Below are positions 59,457 through 64,000 of a stretch of 64,000 bases of DNA, in pieces. Made by a program: the position numbers and the translations under genes. The stretch is from an uncultured virus (IMG/VR IMGVR_UViG_3300033146_001398) (Duplodnaviria > Heunggongvirae > Uroviricota > Caudoviricetes), in IMG/VR virus record IMGVR_UViG_3300033146_001398. One strand, 5' to 3'. Below the pieces are notes generated by a model. It did no database searches, was not told the origin of the DNA, and saw nothing but the letters and a program-made list of their open reading frames with translations. Numbering within the stretch: the first letter of the stretch is position 1; the number at the start of each line of letters is the position of its first letter.

Positions 59457-61433
59457 TTATGCTCTCCCTGTCTTACTAGACCTTTTCATTCGTTCTATTC
59501 TGTTTAAAGCTGAATAGTATTTACCAGCCCAACTTTCTACTCGTTTAGCAGCGTCTTTAGCTATATCAGCTACTTCATTCATACCTGTAGCGAAGTTTTT
59601 AGACGAATCTATCATATTTGTCATCCCATTTTTATACGACGTTACAACAGTTCCTTCTGTACCTAACGCTTTTGTAGTAATAATATTCATATTGTCAGTC
59701 ATATTTAAAAAACCATCTTTTGTATTTGTGTTAAGTATACTCATAGCTTTTAGTGTTGTATCACCTACATTACTAGTCATATCAACAAAATTATCAGATA
59801 CTGTTGCATTAAATAATTCCATTTGTTTTGACGCAGTAGCATTTATAGTGTCGAACGAACTGTCCATTACGTTTATATTGGTAGTCTTTGTATCACCAGC
59901 TGCACCATCATCAGAAAAACTAGCACTAGTATTAGTACCTAATATTTTCATTTGTTCAGTAACAATTGTATTCATATGTTCAAGACCTTTTTCAAAATTA
60001 TCTGGAATTATTGAGTTACCATAATAATTAGTCATCAAAGTATTTTCATGTTCAAGACCACTTTTTCTGCTATTATAATCTTTTAATGCAGCTTTACTTA
60101 TTTCTTCACTCCATCTATCTTGAAATATTCGCACTTCTTTTAATTTAGCTGCGTTTTCATCTGTATACAACTTAGCTAATTCAGCTTTACTTGATTTAAA
60201 AGATGCAATAATTGACATAACAGGATTTATAGACTCTAATAGCGATCTATCTTCAAAATTAAAAAATCCTTTTATCATTGCTTTAAATCTATCTCCAGTA
60301 GTAACATCAGAAGTAGTAACTGTTTTAATTAATGTTTTTCGTTCTTGTGCCATTAATGCATCTCGAGATGATAAATCAAGTGCTAGCAATGCATCATTAA
60401 CTTCTCTAATTCCTGCAGCGTATTCAGCCAGAGGTTCTTTAGCTTCTTTTGCTGCTTTAATAAAATCATCAGTTGCACTAATAATAGAATCGTCATCTCC
60501 TGTTAGTACAGCAGCAACAAGTTTTACACCATCTTGTGTTTCTTTTCTAACTGTATTCCATATTTTTTCTAATTCAACAATATCAAAACCTTCACCAAAT
60601 AACTCAGAAATGTTTTTCATTTTCTGACTAACAATACTTTCAGATTTAGTTATAGCCTCATCAATAGTATCATAAGAATCTTTTAAAATTCTAAATGAAT
60701 TTGCAAATAATACAGTTTCTGTAACGCCTTCAGCGGCAGCAGATTGCCATTTAGTCATCGCAGTAGCAAACTGTTCTCCTAAACCAAGCATATCTGCGAT
60801 TGGCGATATTAAAAAATCAGTAAACCCACTAAACATTAGTCCAGCAGTGTCTAAACTTCCTTTCATACCTTTAGTTATTAACGTATTTCCAGCTTCGTCA
60901 TTACCTTCAAGCTTTTCTTTCATACCTTGTGCAACTAATGAGTTAGCTGCAGCCATTCCTTGAATCGCTATTTTTCTAAACGGCATCATAAAAGCATTCA
61001 TTGCTTGAAGAATTGGTCTCATCATTGCAAAAATTGGCACTATTAAAAACATAAATGCTTCACTAATAGGTTTTAAGAACGTTTTTAAAAAGCCGCCTAT
61101 TTGACTCAACATTTCCATAACAGGAGAAAATAAAGAAACAGCGCCAACTACAGCTATTAAAGATAGTGATACAGTTTTAAGAAAACTTAAACCACTTTTA
61201 AGCATCTTCATTGCACCTCCTAACATATTTCCTAAACCACCTGACTTTCCGCCAGAATTTGTAGAACTTGATTTAGAATCTGGAATAACTGATTCAGCTG
61301 TTTTTAAAGAATCTGAAACCATATCAACGACTCCTTTACCGATTCCACTCATTAAAGACTCTAGTTGTTTAACTAACTTATCATCTTGTAATTCCACAGG
61401 AATTTTCATTGACATTGATATATTTTCAGCCAT
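59457..61433 (-). CDS. Tape measure protein
   Basis: Helical Ala/Gly/Met-rich with amphipathic LKPI..PI repeats; follows chaperone. Confidence 0.85.
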   Translation of the reverse strand: MAENISMSMKIPVELQDDKLVKQLESLMSGIGKGVVDMVSDSLKTAESVIPDSKSSSTNSGGKSGGLGNMLGGAMKMLKSGLSFLKTVSLSLIAVVGAVSLFSPVMEMLSQIGGFLKTFLKPISEAFMFLIVPIFAMMRPILQAMNAFMMPFRKIAIQGMAAANSLVAQGMKEKLEGNDEAGNTLITKGMKGSLDTAGLMFSGFTDFLISPIADMLGLGEQFATAMTKWQSAAAEGVTETVLFANSFRILKDSYDTIDEAITKSESIVSQKMKNISELFGEGFDIVELEKIWNTVRKETQDGVKLVAAVLTGDDDSIISATDDFIKAAKEAKEPLAEYAAGIREVNDALLALDLSSRDALMAQERKTLIKTVTTSDVTTGDRFKAMIKGFFNFEDRSLLESINPVMSIIASFKSSKAELAKLYTDENAAKLKEVRIFQDRWSEEISKAALKDYNSRKSGLEHENTLMTNYYGNSIIPDNFEKGLEHMNTIVTEQMKILGTNTSASFSDDGAAGDTKTTNINVMDSSFDTINATASKQMELFNATVSDNFVDMTSNVGDTTLKAMSILNTNTKDGFLNMTDNMNIITTKALGTEGTVVTSYKNGMTNMIDSSKNFATGMNEVADIAKDAAKRVESWAGKYYSALNRIERMKRSSKTGRA

Positions 61434-61439
61434 TTTATT

Positions 61440-61649
61440 TTATTTACTAAACATTTGATAAACTGTATCAAACTTTTTCTCCCATTCTAATATCCCATGA
61501 GCAACTAATTCTAGTTCTAACGGGTCTTCTTTACGTAATTGCGACGGTAAGCAATTAAAAGCTTTACATAAATATGAAATACCTTTAATTTCTCTTGCAA
61601 TCCCACTAACAGGATTACCTTTACTTATCGACGCAGTTAATCGTTTTTT
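61440..61649 (-). CDS. -1 frameshift extension of tail assembly chaperone (GT-like)
   Basis: Slippery A-AAA-AAC at 61643..61649; -1 frame open to 61440, encodes LCKAFNCLPSQL; no own start. Confidence 0.85.
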   Translation of the reverse strand, partial: KKRLTASISKGNPVSGIAREIKGISYLCKAFNCLPSQLRKEDPLELELVAHGILEWEKKFDTVYQMFSK

Positions 61650-62020
61650 ATTGCATTAACTTCTTTTTCTTCTTCAGGTGTGTTTAATTTTTGAATCTCG
61701 TCATAAATCGCTTCAATTAAAATATGGTCTGTTCCTCGTATTGCTCTAGTTCTAAACTTAGTTTCTGCTTCACTTAAACCACCTGCAACGTCAGTAATTG
61801 TTTTCAAGCCTAAAGACTCTGCTTCTAATATACCATATATTAACCAAGCTAATTTAGCTTTTGCTGGATTCATTGTTGCTTTCTTTTTACCTGTTGAATC
61901 AATTTCAATAGTAAGTGATTCAGCAGTCATGTCGTTTTTAAATCCGAAATTCATTTTCCAGATTGTAATTACGTCATTTTCGCCCATACCGGGTAGTCCT
62001 TTTAATTCTTTTGTGTCCAT
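61637..62020 (-). CDS. Tail assembly chaperone (G-like)
   Basis: Between tail tube and tape measure; ends IKND at slippery site. Confidence 0.85.
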   Translation of the reverse strand: MDTKELKGLPGMGENDVITIWKMNFGFKNDMTAESLTIEIDSTGKKKATMNPAKAKLAWLIYGILEAESLGLKTITDVAGGLSEAETKFRTRAIRGTDHILIEAIYDEIQKLNTPEEEKEVNAIKND

Positions 62021-62034
62021 TATTATTTTATACC

Positions 62035-63045
62035 TTATACATCTACTTCAGTTATATAAACTAACTTAGGTGTGATTACTATATTTTCTTTACTAACATT
62101 TGGATAATCTTCTTGTAAAGGATTTTCTCCAATTTTACATTGTAGACAAATAATATTAATTATTCTGTCAGCATCTTTTTGTAATTTTACAGTTATGCTA
62201 GCAATTTCTGTAGGAATTCCTAAAGTTGTTGCATCACCCATAAAGTCGTCCATAAAAGCTGTTCCTTCTCTAGTCATATTTAATTTTAGTGAGAAGTCTC
62301 TACCTTTTTCTTTACTTTCTTTAGCAATATCAGAGCCCATTCCCCATAACAATTCTAATTCATTAGTTACAGATAATTCAAATGATTCTGTAATATTATT
62401 AATTGGTGAACCAGTTGGGTACTCAAATGACGCGTCTATAAAATGATAAGGGTCTTCAGTTGGTAAAGCAATTGGGTCGTCTAAAGTAGTGCTACCTTTT
62501 AAATCTGCAAATGCACCATCTAAAGCAACAGTACACGGTTCTCCAACACTTCCTGATACTGTACAACTGCCAACTTTCCAGCCAAGCATTTTCCATACTT
62601 TATCTACAGCATCCCCACTACCATCAAAGTAATAGTTAGTTGATATAGATAGTGACGGAATTTTTAAATAATTTCTTTTATCACTATCTGTAGCTGCAGT
62701 AGCTTGTGGATAATTAAACGGTGAAGCCACACTTCCTGCGCCTGAAACAGTTCCAAGAACATATTTCATAAAATCAAATGTTACTGGATTAAATGATACA
62801 TTAACAGAACCTTCAAATTTTCCTCGAACAATTCGTTGCGTATCTCTTGATGTTAACTCTGTATTTGCAGACGGCAAATTACCACTAATACCTTTAATTT
62901 TAATTAAGCTTCTAGATAAGTTTGAGCCGAAACTTTGTAAAAAATTAAAAGACTTATTTAATGCTGCAGGTTCTGTTGCAAATGTAGTTTCTTCTCCAAA
63001 TACTACATATTGATCGATTCCAGTTCTAATTGTATTTTGTGCCAT
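62035..63045 (-). CDS. Major tail tube protein
   Basis: FGEETTFAT, EGSVNVSF, LKIPSLSI, GWKVGSCTVS, ESFELSVTNEL. Confidence 0.85.
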   Translation of the reverse strand: MAQNTIRTGIDQYVVFGEETTFATEPAALNKSFNFLQSFGSNLSRSLIKIKGISGNLPSANTELTSRDTQRIVRGKFEGSVNVSFNPVTFDFMKYVLGTVSGAGSVASPFNYPQATAATDSDKRNYLKIPSLSISTNYYFDGSGDAVDKVWKMLGWKVGSCTVSGSVGEPCTVALDGAFADLKGSTTLDDPIALPTEDPYHFIDASFEYPTGSPINNITESFELSVTNELELLWGMGSDIAKESKEKGRDFSLKLNMTREGTAFMDDFMGDATTLGIPTEIASITVKLQKDADRIINIICLQCKIGENPLQEDYPNVSKENIVITPKLVYITEVDV

Positions 63046-63233
63046 TATTCTTCTTCCTCTATAATTTTTGGTGTTACTTTCTTAACTTTAGTAACAATTT
63101 CTTTAAATTTGTCGTTGTATCCCTCAGGAACGGTGTCTACTTTGTCCCCAGAATTCAGAACTTTTACTATAACGTCATTGCCGCTTTTTACTGCAACTTT
63201 CAGTTTTTCCGCTCCTGTATATTCGTATACCAT
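63045..63233 (-). CDS. Small protein preceding tail tube
   Basis: 62-aa coupled ORF. Confidence 0.6.
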   Translation of the reverse strand: MVYEYTGAEKLKVAVKSGNDVIVKVLNSGDKVDTVPEGYNDKFKEIVTKVKKVTPKIIEEEE

Positions 63234-63241
63234 CTTTTTAA

Positions 63242-63922
63242 TTATGCAAATTCTATTACTTCAAATTTATCAGGTATTGCAAAACTAATAAATTTGCTAA
63301 AAGTTTTCTTTGTGTTGTCGCTAAAATTATCATATTCAGCAACACTCGTTTGAGTGATAAAAGAGAAATTGTAAAAATTTTTACAATTTTGTCCTAAGTA
63401 ATTTTTAATATAATTAATTAATACATCAATATTATATGTGTCAGAATCTACTACTTTTATTTGTAATAAACCTTCATGTTTATTAGCATAACCAGCGCCG
63501 CCCGTAGCTCCGCCAGGTGTAGTATTAAAATTAAGCATAAAACCTATTCTAGGATATGAATTTTCTGTTAAGTCATCACGTGGAAAATCTTGATAAATAA
63601 AATTACCAGTAGTATTTTCGCCATATATTACAGTTAATGTATCACCACTAGAAGCGCCACTAATAATTTGTAATGAACCTATATTAGGTCCTTGTAGTAT
63701 TACAGTCCACTCAGTCCCATATTTTAAAGATACTGCGTTAACTTTAATATCTTTAATAAAACTTAATCTAGAGCTCAAGAAATAGTATCCAGTAGCATCG
63801 TATGTAAGAGATTTAGTTACTTCTTCTATTCTGGTTTTTACATCATAAGAATTTATATTTGCTCTAAGACTATTAAGAATCTCTTTCTTCATATCTATTA
63901 TATCTAATGTAGTGTTTACCAT
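63242..63922 (-). CDS. Putative tail terminator/neck protein
   Basis: IYQDFPR...YPRI...LQIKV..D; upstream of tail tube. Confidence 0.65.
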   Translation of the reverse strand: MVNTTLDIIDMKKEILNSLRANINSYDVKTRIEEVTKSLTYDATGYYFLSSRLSFIKDIKVNAVSLKYGTEWTVILQGPNIGSLQIISGASSGDTLTVIYGENTTGNFIYQDFPRDDLTENSYPRIGFMLNFNTTPGGATGGAGYANKHEGLLQIKVVDSDTYNIDVLINYIKNYLGQNCKNFYNFSFITQTSVAEYDNFSDNTKKTFSKFISFAIPDKFEVIEFA

Positions 63923-64000
63923 AATTAACCAGCTCTTGCTAATACTAGGCTCTTGCCTTAATAATATATTAAATTTACATATATCTATATTTAAAAATAA

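Larger units (their letters stand above)
1..64000. mobile_element. Tailed dsDNA virus genome (Caudoviricetes, siphovirus-like), probably infecting an archaeon; near-complete, linearised within the morphogenesis block
   Basis: TerL, portal, prohead protease, MCP, tail tube, frameshifted chaperone, tape measure, plus MCM/AEP/PolB/ATP-ligase; no host housekeeping genes, no integrase. Confidence 0.95.

Noticed and set aside
1320..63353. Many short antisense or alternate-frame ORFs in the track (e.g. 1320..1508, 12494..12694, 24015..24380, 40054..40470, 56258..56578)
   Set aside because: Shadows of longer motif-bearing genes; no SD or promoter support
1..64000. CRISPR array, diversity-generating retroelement or invertible fibre cassette
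   Set aside because: No regularly spaced repeats, reverse transcriptase or recombinase seen; the 53 kb repeat pair is short and explained by paralogy

Overview
The whole window is most of the genome of a tailed dsDNA virus (Caudoviricetes, siphovirus-like), apparently linearised inside its morphogenesis block. Head and packaging genes (7-25 kb) and fibre-like genes (1-7.4 kb) lie on the minus strand. Replication, accessory and nucleotide/sugar genes (25.3-51.3 kb) lie on the plus strand, and tail genes (51.3-64 kb) on the minus strand. The host is very likely an archaeon, possibly DPANN: MCM helicase, AEP primase, PolB, ATP-dependent ligase, BRE-TATA promoters, GGTGA Shine-Dalgarno sites, class III (pilin-type) signal peptides, no recognisable lysin. 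No integrase, CRISPR array or rRNA is visible. Main highlights: (1) a T4-like cytosine hypermodification cluster (dCTPase-like, Nmad, beta-glucosyltransferase homolog, dCMP hydroxymethylase) right after a PolB with non-canonical motifs, near a NeuA/NeuB cluster; (2) a head-module polyprotein of domains separated by a repeated KLERLHES motif, possibly packaged and protease-released cargo; (3) a 134-nt tRNA-like RNA with two extended arms; (4) a stem-loop whose loop is antisense to viral RBS+AUG; (5) accessory genes flanked by direct repeats and shared promoter blocks; (6) a -1 frameshift tail chaperone. All family assignments come from motif recognition by eye; no searches were run.
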